Of a stretch of DNA of 64,000 nucleotides, positions 26,382 to 35,355 are shown piece by piece. The translations under genes were made by a program, and so were the position numbers. The notes under the pieces were generated by a model. It was not told the origin of the DNA, made no database searches, and saw only the letters and a list, made by a program, of their open reading frames with translations. Each line of letters starts with the position of its first letter. Position 1 is the stretch's first letter. Source of the stretch: a virus (lineage: Duplodnaviria > Caudoviricetes); IMG/VR virus record IMGVR_UViG_3300014326_000001, positions 1-64,000 of that record, one strand, 5' to 3'.

Positions 26382-27099
26382 CCACCAAACAAACCATGCG
26401 CCACCGAGTTACAGGACAAGTTTTCGTGATTCAATACACCCTGATCGACGTACAGCCTACTTGGGATAGACCTAAACGTCGTATCCGACCAGCATGGAGT
26501 TGTAATACAGGAAGAGGTATGTGTTGTTGTCAGAAGGTAGGTTAAGGCTGAAAGAGAGCAGACTGCGACTTTGCTGCGTTCTTGGGTATTACGCCGCTCT
26601 TGGTCTTGCTTCGGGTGAACTAGATGCTACTGAATTTATACTTGCTAACTTTGCTTTTTGTGGCGGGGAACTTAGTATCTTGGCTCGCCTTGAATCGAGT
26701 AGTAAAACAGATAATTTGGGCTAGGCAGAGTCGCCAACTGCATTTTCTAGCTCTTCGTTCCTTAGGCCGCTCGTTGGGTGCTGAATCCTTCCAAAAAGGT
26801 TACTACAAGTTGTACCAGCTACGTTTCTGGCTGCAAGTTCTCCGCAGCAAGTCAAGACTTTCCCGCGCCTGTGTCCCGAAGGAATCAGCGCAGTCGGATG
26901 CGGTTCGCACTCTAAGCTCTTATTCGCATTGCTTTGAAATCTTGAATGTCGCGTCATAAACATGTTTTCAAGGTTTACATGTTCGGAGAGAAACCCCGCT
27001 CGTTTGGAGCGATTTTCTAGTTCCGTAGTCGCTTTGAATTGTTGGAAATTTTCTTCGCAACAACTCGCGCAAGCAGTGATAAAATAACAAATTAACGAC

Positions 27100-27465
27100 A
27101 TGCTTAGCAATAAGAAAATTCCACGTACTTCGCGGGGTAGCACACCTGAAACAATGGCTCGTGCAAGCGGGCGGGGCGTGGTACTTAAGCCCGAAGAACA
27201 ATCCAGTCCCCGCAGTAATTCGGGCGCATTACTTACTGACACAGAACTAATCGCTCTTGGTTATGAAGCTCTCGTGATGATGATGGCGCGTGACCCTAAA
27301 CGTTGGCGATTGGAACGTCGCGCCGCAAGAATGCTAAACCGCCTTCTAACTGAACGCGGCTTACATCAAATTATCCGCGAGAAAATTGTGGATATTGCTG
27401 TGGGGCATTGGCAGGAAGCAAAAGGATGGCGCGGAGAATGTAAGGCGCATCCAGCGCAACGGTAG
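27100..27465 (+). CDS. Hypothetical protein
   Basis: 121-aa ORF at the end of the + arm. Confidence 0.5.
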   Translation: MLSNKKIPRTSRGSTPETMARASGRGVVLKPEEQSSPRSNSGALLTDTELIALGYEALVMMMARDPKRWRLERRAARMLNRLLTERGLHQIIREKIVDIAVGHWQEAKGWRGECKAHPAQR

Positions 27466-27573
27466 TCCCGCAAGCTTAAGAATCTGAGGCTCGCCAAAAT
27501 AGCCATTGGACGCGGACTGATCCAACGTGGTCGGTAGCTTGAAGCGAGCCTCAGTGCAAGGGAAGAAAAGTTA

Positions 27574-27750
27574 ATGAAGTCAGGAATCGTTATCAATCTC
27601 GACGATCTAAATACCTTGATCGGAGAATTCATTGCCGAGCAGTCACCCAGCGAACAAAGACTTTACCGCTGGCGATTTGGAGAATTCTTAGAATGGGCAA
27701 AAGTAAGAGAAGAAATACGCGAGGAAGAAGAACTTCGCGCTGAGGACTAG
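27574..27750 (+). CDS. 58-aa hypothetical protein, last gene of the + arm
   Basis: Manual translation MKSGIVINLDDLNTLIGEFIAEQ...; its stop abuts the stop of the convergent gene at 27751. Confidence 0.55.
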   Translation: MKSGIVINLDDLNTLIGEFIAEQSPSEQRLYRWRFGEFLEWAKVREEIREEEELRAED

Positions 27751-28152
27751 CTACTTATTCTTACCGATTCGGATCACTTCGTCCAACTGCTTTTCAAGTA
27801 GTTCTTTCTCAACTTTCAACGCTTCGGCGCGCTCAAACTGAAAGTCTCGTTCCTTGCGGAGTGTTTCAATAGTGCCAGTCGAAGTTGCGATTTCCTTGAT
27901 CAATCCGAGCATCACGTCTCCAGCATGGATCGTGGTATTAAGATCAATTTGGCGAGTCTCTGCTTTGGTCTTCTCTGTCTCTGCGTCTGACTGCTTTTTT
28001 CTAATTAGTGAAGGAAGGTAAGTTGCGCCGTATCCAAGTAATGCGGCAACAACCATCTGCGCCCAGCCCTGCCAAGTGTGAGGAATTGGGGGTGTTTCCT
28101 GCATCGCATAGTTATCCTGCCGCTGCCTGTCTTGCCTCTTTAAGCCTTGCAA
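27751..28152 (-). CDS. Holin-like membrane protein (TM + coiled coil)
   Basis: WAQMVVAALLGYGATYL TM segment followed by coiled coil. Confidence 0.5.
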   Translation of the reverse strand: MQGLKRQDRQRQDNYAMQETPPIPHTWQGWAQMVVAALLGYGATYLPSLIRKKQSDAETEKTKAETRQIDLNTTIHAGDVMLGLIKEIATSTGTIETLRKERDFQFERAEALKVEKELLEKQLDEVIRIGKNK

Positions 28153-28513
28153 CCCCCTCTTGAAGTTGCTTGAGGTCTTTAACAGGCACTGTTTCTAATG
28201 ATTCACCGTGACGGTAGATGAAGGTCTGGGGTGACAAAGGGAATTGATCGTCGTTGTCGCCGTAGCTTACGGTCGCTTCGGGCAACGAACTATCCTCGTC
28301 ACCAACAACTAGTGGCACTTCCATTTTGAAGTACCCGTGCCGACTTGATAGTTGGATAGCACGATCCTTCGTGAACGTGATCGCGCTACCCTGAATCTCC
28401 GGCCCTCCGTTCCAGCCAACAAGCCAACTTACAAAACGGATAGGCCACTGTCGCCACAACGGTTCGTCTGACAGCAACTTGCGTTGCCCTATGAAGTAGC
28501 CGGAATTAACCAT
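28112..28513 (-). CDS. Hypothetical protein
   Basis: 133 aa in the late operon. Confidence 0.6.
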   Translation of the reverse strand: MVNSGYFIGQRKLLSDEPLWRQWPIRFVSWLVGWNGGPEIQGSAITFTKDRAIQLSSRHGYFKMEVPLVVGDEDSSLPEATVSYGDNDDQFPLSPQTFIYRHGESLETVPVKDLKQLQEGVARLKEARQAAAG

Positions 28514-28516
28514 TCT

Positions 28517-28723
28517 TCAACCATTTCCGAGGATAACGCCCGTATCGTCATGGTTCGGTAGGAGTACAATCCCGCCGCTGATGCTCGCCGCAACTGCAAT
28601 AGTAGCCAACTTAGACTCAATTGCCGCCTCGAATTCTTTGGCAGATGTAGCGTGTTTGTTTGTGAACGTAACCGAGGCTTCTAGTACCCCGATAGCTTCT
28701 TCTGTTTCAGGATCGTATGGCAT
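28517..28723 (-). CDS. Hypothetical protein
   Basis: 68 aa, AAGGAG RBS. Confidence 0.6.
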   Translation of the reverse strand: MPYDPETEEAIGVLEASVTFTNKHATSAKEFEAAIESKLATIAVAASISGGIVLLPNHDDTGVILGNG

Positions 28724-28738
28724 GGGGGCGATTCTCCT

Positions 28739-28909
28739 TTATTTTACTACCGCACCAAATACTTGCAGCCCCAAAAGCAACAGCAGCACAAACAAGAGCA
28801 GGTTGCCGCCGCCGAGTATGCGTGGGTTTGGATTCGCTACGATGAATGGGTATAACCCAAACACCGCCCAAAGAATCATTAGCATCCAGAAGATCATTGA
28901 CAACGGCAT
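28739..28909 (-). CDS. 56-aa two-TM membrane protein (holin/antiholin-like)
   Basis: Manual translation MPLSMIFWMLMILWAVFGLYPFIVANPNPRILGGGNLLLFVLLLLLGLQVFGAVVK; AAGGAGG RBS. Confidence 0.7.
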   Translation of the reverse strand: MPLSMIFWMLMILWAVFGLYPFIVANPNPRILGGGNLLLFVLLLLLGLQVFGAVVK

Positions 28910-29115
28910 CGTGTGCCTCCTTTTGTTAACTCAGCGAAGCAGAAAAGTTAACCTTCCCAGTGTTTCCGCAGAGGTGGATCAGGATACCCTCTCACTGGCT
29001 GTTTGGCTCTCTTTTCTGCTTCCTGATGCGTTCTAGCAAGCGATCCCCTCGTGGTTAGCCTCTATCCTCTTCGCCCAGACAATTAGAGACAAAAAGAAAT
29101 CGCTTGCTAAAGTCG

Positions 29116-29436
29116 TTAGCCTTCGGGAACCGTTCCCGCCGCGTTCAGTGAATCACGAATCGCGTCAAAGGCTGCATCTGCATTCTGTAGCGCGGCTACC
29201 GCTGCGGCTACGTCTGGATTTGGTTGGTTGAGCAAGTCAAGCACGCGCTGGACTGCCGCTTGAAGTTCGCCTACATCTTCGCCAATCTTGGCGACAGCGA
29301 TTGAGAGTTCCGACATTGTGTTTTTTACACTCCTTAGTTGAAGGTTTATGACTACCAAAAGCAGAATTATCAAGGCGAACAACAGAAAACTTAATGCCCA
29401 GATATACTTGTCTGCATTGCTCCAGTCGATGTCCAT
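29116..29436 (-). CDS. Membrane-anchored coiled-coil protein (i-spanin-like)
   Basis: N-terminal TM followed by an Ala-rich coiled coil. Confidence 0.5.
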   Translation of the reverse strand: MDIDWSNADKYIWALSFLLFALIILLLVVINLQLRSVKNTMSELSIAVAKIGEDVGELQAAVQRVLDLLNQPNPDVAAAVAALQNADAAFDAIRDSLNAAGTVPEG

Positions 29437-30062
29437 GAGAAGTAATTAACGAGCAACTTCATTTCTCGGCGCGATTTTTCTTCTTTCACCTTTTTTAGTT
29501 GCCATTCTTAGTGCTCCTCAAGTTTCAAGCTGCCTTTGCACATCCAAGCCGACAGCCTGAAGCTGCTCGTTAAGCTTTACTGACAAGGATTTCTATTCGT
29601 CGGTATCGTTCTCCCCGACAACTCTCCACGCTCTTTTATACGCGCTTCAATAGCTTCTGCTGGCGTTCCTTCTTTCTTTGCAATTACACAGGGTTGAGTT
29701 ACCTTCACCTGTGCGCGGTGGTGCTTTTTGCGCTTCTTTGCCTCTACTGAGGGGACGATTAACAAGCAGATCAGAAGTAAGAATTTAAGTTTCATGTCAA
29801 CACAACTCGCGCACCATCTGGCAGTGGTACAAACTGAACTTCCTTGGGTGCCATCATTCGCGATAAGGCGCGGCAAGCGTCCCGAGTATCGATCGCGTTA
29901 GTTACCCTGCGCAGCAAGTGTTTATTCACGATTGTCGGGCCGCGCTTGAGATGAAACCGCAGATCAGCAAGCCATTGGTCGGCATTCATTTCAAACTGTT
30001 TCATCTCACATACTTCCTTCTACAATCACGATCCATTAGCCAGAGATAGAGCCACACCCACT

Positions 30063-30539
30063 TCATTTTACTTCCATCACCGCCTTGAGTTCCTTGATTT
30101 GGTCGCTGATACTCTTCGTTGGAGTTGGCGTTCCTGCCGCTATCGAGAACTGCGGAGGTGCTCCGTAGTAAACTCTGGCGCTCTCAATTATCCCGCGCAA
30201 AATCCTTTGAATGTTCTGCAACTTCTCATGCGATCCGAAATGTCCACGGGCGCTCACCGATTCAAACAGCCGTTCGTACGTATCAACCGCATTCAGCTTG
30301 CACGGCTTATCTCCGCACGCATCAAGAGATACCTTCAAGTTGGCCGCACCTGAAGCTAGATCGGTAAAATCCACAACCAAACCGTTTTTGATTGTATCCG
30401 ATAGCGGTAGTGACTGAATCAGGGGGCCAGAGGCCGCTAGGACGATTCGCAACTCTTGCGCGAACTTCGCGCCACACGCGGCCAGAAAGAGGCTAAGAAC
30501 GAGCGTGAGAGCCAATGCGGGGTATCTTAGAAGTCTCAC
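30063..30539 (-). CDS. Lipoprotein
   Basis: Signal peptide with FLAAC lipobox. Confidence 0.75.
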   Translation of the reverse strand: MRLLRYPALALTLVLSLFLAACGAKFAQELRIVLAASGPLIQSLPLSDTIKNGLVVDFTDLASGAANLKVSLDACGDKPCKLNAVDTYERLFESVSARGHFGSHEKLQNIQRILRGIIESARVYYGAPPQFSIAAGTPTPTKSISDQIKELKAVMEVK

Positions 30540-30772
30540 TGAGCAACCTTTCTTGGCGAGAACTCAGCCATGCCCATAGTTGGCGTTTTCCGAATCCAGA
30601 ACGGCGGAATGCTTATGCGTGACGTGGTTTCGAGCTTGCCGGGCGCGTGTTCACATTGCGTGCGCGTCTTTACCTCAAGCTCGCCACGAAAAAGAACGCG
30701 GAGCCTGTCCGTCCAACTCAAGGTGCATCCCGTAATAATGTGAATCTCGTCTTCGTAACCTTCTTTGATCAT
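30536..30772 (-). CDS. Hypothetical protein
   Basis: 78 aa, overlapping the lipoprotein start. Confidence 0.55.
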   Translation of the reverse strand: MIKEGYEDEIHIITGCTLSWTDRLRVLFRGELEVKTRTQCEHAPGKLETTSRISIPPFWIRKTPTMGMAEFSPRKVAQ

Positions 30773-30954
30773 AGGCTCTCAACTTTCAAGTGGGTTTCAT
30801 CAACAACGGTGGAGTAGCACGGTGCTCTCTCAGCCTTAAACAGTGCGAAGGGAAATTGAAGACTGCCTACCAGTTCCCCAACTCGTAACCGTCCCGACTT
30901 CCCTCCCACCTTGAGTCTCAGTTTATCAAACTTTCTACGGTCTGACACTAACTT

Positions 30955-31392
30955 TTACGTCTGTCGGAACGACTCCACCAAATCGCCCCCGATCTCAAAT
31001 CGCACATGGATCAAGGTCAGAATATCCAGTGCGTACTTAACTCGACTGGGATTTGCATCTGTTTCCACTACGTCCTTCAGCATTAACTTCAGCTTGGTCA
31101 GGTCTTTTTCATTCTGAATCTCGTCCCGTTGGAACTTCTCAAGTAATACATCCAGTTCTTTTGTGTGTGGAGAATGCAAAGCCTGAGCAGCCGATACGCT
31201 CATCCCCTTAAAGTAGATTTCAGCCTTGGTTTCAATTACAGTTAGTCGATTCAGCGCGGTCTCCACCTTGCTCGTTAGCTCTTTGAACTTCTCTTTCCAG
31301 TCACCTTGGGCGTCCCTGCGGCGTTGATAAACCGCATTGGCAATGGAGACGACTAACGCAAGTAGGCCAACGTAGGGGATTAGCTCTTTCAC
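30955..31392 (-). CDS. Holin-like protein (TM + coiled coil)
   Basis: GTG start overlapping the PAS gene stop (GTGA); YVGLLALVVSIANAVY TM segment. Confidence 0.55.
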   Translation of the reverse strand: MKELIPYVGLLALVVSIANAVYQRRRDAQGDWKEKFKELTSKVETALNRLTVIETKAEIYFKGMSVSAAQALHSPHTKELDVLLEKFQRDEIQNEKDLTKLKLMLKDVVETDANPSRVKYALDILTLIHVRFEIGGDLVESFRQT

Positions 31393-31859
31393 TCGATACA
31401 CGTCTCTCCGGCAGCTTTCGGTTCTTCCTCATGTACCCGCCTGACTGTAGCCTCAATTTGTGTTTGATCTGTGCCAGTATGATAGAGCAGGTTGACTACT
31501 ACAGGGAACTCGGTGCCGTCTTTATGTCGCGCTTTCAATGTTCCGCCTGCGCCCATCGGACGATTGACAGGATGGCGAACGTAACCAGCCCGATGAGCTT
31601 GGTGCCTGTGACGTAGGGCGTCAGGGAGCAGCATGTCAATACATTGACCGATTAGTTCAGATGGATGATAACCAAACGTGGCGCAAACTTCCTCGTTGAC
31701 AGCAATGATACGCTCACCATCAGAGATTATCTTCGCGTCGGACGACCGCGCCCACGCTTTAAACAGAAATGAATAGCTAAGGAACGGACGAGCGGCAGTT
31801 TCCAGCAGCGCGTCAGTCGTTGCACTTTCATCCATTGCGCTATTTTGTTCGTCTGTCAT
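31389..31859 (-). CDS. Stand-alone PAS-domain protein (FixL/DosP-like)
   Basis: IIAVNEE...FGYHPSELIGQCIDMLLP...RHRHQ...ARHKDGTEFPVVVNL. Confidence 0.88.
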   Translation of the reverse strand: MTDEQNSAMDESATTDALLETAARPFLSYSFLFKAWARSSDAKIISDGERIIAVNEEVCATFGYHPSELIGQCIDMLLPDALRHRHQAHRAGYVRHPVNRPMGAGGTLKARHKDGTEFPVVVNLLYHTGTDQTQIEATVRRVHEEEPKAAGETCIE

Positions 31860-31999
31860 CGTGGATAACCACTCAACCTACCGTGTCCGTTTCGGCGCTT
31901 TCCTAGCCCGACTGGGAACGAAGTTCTTTTCCTCATTTCCCTGATTTGCTATCATCTTCTTGCTCTACTCATCAACCTTTAGGATGGTTTTCGCCCCAA

Positions 32000-32428
32000 A
32001 TGTTCAAACGTATTGCAGTCACGTTAGTTCTAGGAATCTGTTTAGGTCTCCCATTTGGAAACTTCCATGTACGTGCTACTGAAACTGAACCGCTTCGCTA
32101 CGTTGCAACTCTAACCCAATCAGGCACAGACGCTCCCGTTGCCCATGTGATTCACAACACCATTGGAGAAATCGTATGGCAGCGAAACAACGTCGGTCGA
32201 TACCAAGCTGTGTTGACAGACGGATTCCCCGTTGGCCATGTTACCGCCAAAGGTTGCACGTTCATTGAGCGAGTTAACGAGCATTTGATCGTTGCTGAGT
32301 TTGATATTAACGCTTCGGACAGTGACACCCTCCAATTCAGCGTACAGTCACGAGATTCAGGGTACGCTCAAGGCGTTGAAGACGTGTTACTTGATACGCC
32401 GATTGAGATTACCGTGTACTCTCACTAA
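32000..32428 (+). CDS. Secreted protein with a tail-fibre-type domain, antisense to the late operon
   Basis: Signal peptide MFKRIAVTLVLGICLG, then YVATLTQSGTDAP...NT...WQRNNVGRY; TGCTATCAT extended -10 at 31947-31955. Confidence 0.65.
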   Translation: MFKRIAVTLVLGICLGLPFGNFHVRATETEPLRYVATLTQSGTDAPVAHVIHNTIGEIVWQRNNVGRYQAVLTDGFPVGHVTAKGCTFIERVNEHLIVAEFDINASDSDTLQFSVQSRDSGYAQGVEDVLLDTPIEITVYSH

Positions 32429-33489
32429 GGCGTGGCGTCACTAATTACGGGAGCAGGACTGTCTCCATCCTGTACTTCCCAAGTGTTAGGATGAAGCCAC
32501 GGGTAGGCATCCTCAACGGACGATGAATTGAGATAGAACCACGTTCCGTCACTTCCGTAAACGCTCCACACGCCCCCTTCAAACGCTTTGATTACGCTAT
32601 TATTTGTGCTGTCAGGCTGGCCGACAAGGTTGTAATAAGGTCGTGTTTCAAAAAGCCCTCTTACTGTATAGCTTCCATTTGCTGCTGCTGTACCTGCTCC
32701 TGAAACTAAAGCTGTAGGTACTGGAACTGGTACATAGGTGATAACAATCACTCCGTTGCCGCCGAGAATGTCTCCTGTGGGGTTTCCGCCACCGCCACCG
32801 CCGTAATTCCCGCCCGCGCCTAATCCGCCGCCACCACCACCGGGGCCAGCGGTGCCGCCAAGTGTTGCCGTCCAAGTAGTGCCTGCCGCGCCGGGATTGT
32901 TGACCGCGCCCCCTGTGCCGCCATTTGGCCCCCCTGCATTGCCACCTGTCGCGTCAACTGCCGCTTGGCCGTCTCCAGACGGCCCCGCAGCCCCGCCGCC
33001 AGCCCCGCCAATACCTCCAACCGCTTCTCCCCCGTTACCACCTGAGTGAGCGCCTAAAGTTGGTACGCAATCAGCGGCAGCGCCACCTAGGCCTCCTGTG
33101 GGGTTAGGGGGAGAGGGCGTCCCGCCTTCTTGTCCGAACTGTCCGCCAGCAGCGATCAGTTCTCCACCGTTCCCAAAGTATGACCACAATAAATCCGCAG
33201 GAAAAATGGGGGCTACAGCACTGACCCCTACTTGATAAGCAATCTCGGTATCAACGCCGGGATCGTAATTTTCCAGCTTGGCGTAGGCACCCCCGCCACC
33301 ACCGGCACCGTTCCAAATTTCAGACCCAGAACGCCCTGCGCTGCCTGCCCCAATCGCTTCAATCGTATTGTTTGCAGGATTGAAATCTACGGGTACTGTC
33401 CACGTTCCACTCTCGGTAAGAATGATTACCGTAGAATCAGAAGAAGCCGAGGCCGTTGTTTGAATGAAGATTACAGAAATAGCTACACC
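32425..33489 (-). pseudogene. Glycine-rich virion/surface protein with no in-frame start; frame is open from just after TAG 33490-33492
   Basis: Manual translation GVAISVIFIQTTASA...LTESGTWTVP...IEAIGAG...GGGGGAYA runs into ORF 32425..33189. Confidence 0.65.
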
Positions 33490-33735
33490 CTATCTCGCCC
33501 TTGCGCACTCAGGACACTCCACCTCTATTTCCACAGGGATATTTAGGTGCGTGCCTACGATGATTTGTAGTTCTCGGATCGCGTCATCTCGTTGTTGACT
33601 AGTTGGATTGCTGGGGAGAAAGTGAATAACTTCTTCCTCCGATTGCCCTTCGGTAATTTTTGCCATCGGCCCCATAGCGAGATAGCTGATCGCAATCAAG
33701 GCCAGCGTAAATATTCGTATGGCTTTCATCTTCAC
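33490..33735 (-). CDS. Small secreted protein, in frame with the glycine-rich ORF
   Basis: Signal-peptide-like N-terminus; AAAGGA RBS. Confidence 0.6.
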   Translation of the reverse strand: MKMKAIRIFTLALIAISYLAMGPMAKITEGQSEEEVIHFLPSNPTSQQRDDAIRELQIIVGTHLNIPVEIEVECPECARAR

Positions 33736-33851
33736 AGAACTTCCTTTCTTGAGTTTTAACTAAGTACTTGCCGTTGTGGTAAAATAAACAGCCCGAACGA
33801 AAGCGCAAACTCTCGCACGGGCTTAATCAGATTAGCTAACAAGGAGCCAAT

Positions 33852-34520
33852 GTGACTTACGATAAATCTACCATTGTTTTTGAGCCCCATCCAACGAGAA
33901 AAACGTTCTGCGATTTGACCGGACAACGCTTTGCGCGGCTGACCGTCTTGGGCTATGCCGGAACCACCCCAAGCCGCACATCTCTTTGGTATGCTGAGTG
34001 CCAATGTGGAACCGTTGTCCGTGTTCAGCCAAATGCGATGAAAATCGGAAGGATCAAGAGTTGCGGGTGTCTCAACAAAGAACTTCAGCGCACGCGCATG
34101 ACTAAGCACGGTGCGTTTCAAACCCCCACATATAAAGCTTGGCAAGCAATGCGGAAGCGAGTAAGCACCGCATGTGCTTATCGGAAAAACTACGCTGATA
34201 GAGGGATAATAGTGTGCGATCGATGGAATAGCTTCTCCAACTTTCTGGCTGATATGGGAGAGAAGCCCGAAGGGCTGACGCTGGATCGAATTGACAATAA
34301 TGGGAACTACGAGCCAAGTAATTGCCGCTGGGCTACCATGACCGAACAACTGAACAACAAGCGAGACAACCATCGTATTACTTATCGAGGCCGCACTCAG
34401 ACTCTCTCGATGTGGGCACGCGAACTTCATAAAGGTTTCGACCTACTCAACCAGCGACTCATTCACGGCTGGAGCATTGAAAAAGCATTTACCAGTCCTC
34501 TACAAAAGGGTTCCAGTTAG
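33852..34520 (+). mobile_element. HNH homing endonuclease, antisense insertion
   Basis: DLTGQRFARLTV...SCGC...TLDRIDNNGNYEPSNCRWAT. Confidence 0.9.
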
Positions 34521-34997
34521 ACTGAATCCAATATCTGCAAGTGTGGCATCGGGCGATGCGGGAGCGGTAATTAAAATAATGTCCCCTGCCGCGATAGTTG
34601 CTGCCGTGCCACCTACGACCGTAATGGTCGTTCCCGCTGCTGCGAATCGAAGAGTCGCCTTAGTCGTCGCGTTAACACTTACGATAAAATCTGCCTGAGC
34701 AGTCGCGGCCACCCCTGCCGTTCCTCGTTGTCCACTTGCTGAAAGCGTAAACGCTCTGACAGCTACAAATCTCAGCACTACCGCACTTGCATCAGGGACA
34801 CCTACAACAGCACAAGCAAGATCGTAAGGCACTCCCGCGCCCGTGTAGCTGAGAGTGATCGCGGGGGTGGTCGTAGCAGTCGCCACCGACCCGCTGAACC
34901 CGTTCGCGGTAACTACGCTAACGCTTGTGACCGTACCTCCTGAATCGTTATCAGGCGGTTGTGGGCCGGGGTAGCCGGGGGCTGCTTGTCCGGGCAT
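34500..34997 (-). CDS. Tail fibre/adhesin-like protein
   Basis: GGTVTSVSVVTANGFSGSVATATTTPAITLS fibre motif; AAGGAG RBS. Confidence 0.7.
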   Translation of the reverse strand: MPGQAAPGYPGPQPPDNDSGGTVTSVSVVTANGFSGSVATATTTPAITLSYTGAGVPYDLACAVVGVPDASAVVLRFVAVRAFTLSASGQRGTAGVAATAQADFIVSVNATTKATLRFAAAGTTITVVGGTAATIAAGDIILITAPASPDATLADIGFSLTGTLL

Positions 34998-35009
34998 AAT
35001 TCTTTCTCC

Positions 35010-35345
35010 TTATCCGACGAACCGTAAGTAAATGGTCGCGGTTGCGGTAGTGCCCGCATATAGGTATATCTGGCCGATCGGGATCGTGTTACCACCTGCA
35101 CCCGTGGCTGAGTCCGTAAAATACGTTCCCGCTGTTAGAGTCGCTCCGTGGGTCGCGTCTACCTGTGAAGCAAACCCTACCTTCAAGTCTTGAGTAGCCA
35201 CGAAGTTTAATGAGACACATTGGCCGGGAAGATTTTTAGATAAGGGAAAATCAAGTGCCGTATCCGTTACAAGATCGTAAATTGAACGCGCAGTTGCTGC
35301 TCCGGTAATGGATACTGTCCCAAAGAATATCTGTTGTTCAGCCAT
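35010..35345 (-). CDS. Virion-associated hypothetical protein
   Basis: GAGGAG RBS, beta-rich. Confidence 0.65.
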   Translation of the reverse strand: MAEQQIFFGTVSITGAATARSIYDLVTDTALDFPLSKNLPGQCVSLNFVATQDLKVGFASQVDATHGATLTAGTYFTDSATGAGGNTIPIGQIYLYAGTTATATIYLRFVG

Positions 35346-35355
35346 AAGTGCTCCT

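Noticed and set aside
29520-29660. Possible further frameshift near the end of ORF 29577
   Set aside because: The alternative frames contain stops and no single-base repair gave a clearly better protein
31900-31912. Extra CCTAGCCCGA matches at about 31902 (+) and CTAGCCCGATT at about 3133-3143 (-)
   Set aside because: The flanking YCAAC, GAA hairpin and GGTT parts are missing; a lone 10-11-mer can occur by chance in 64 kb
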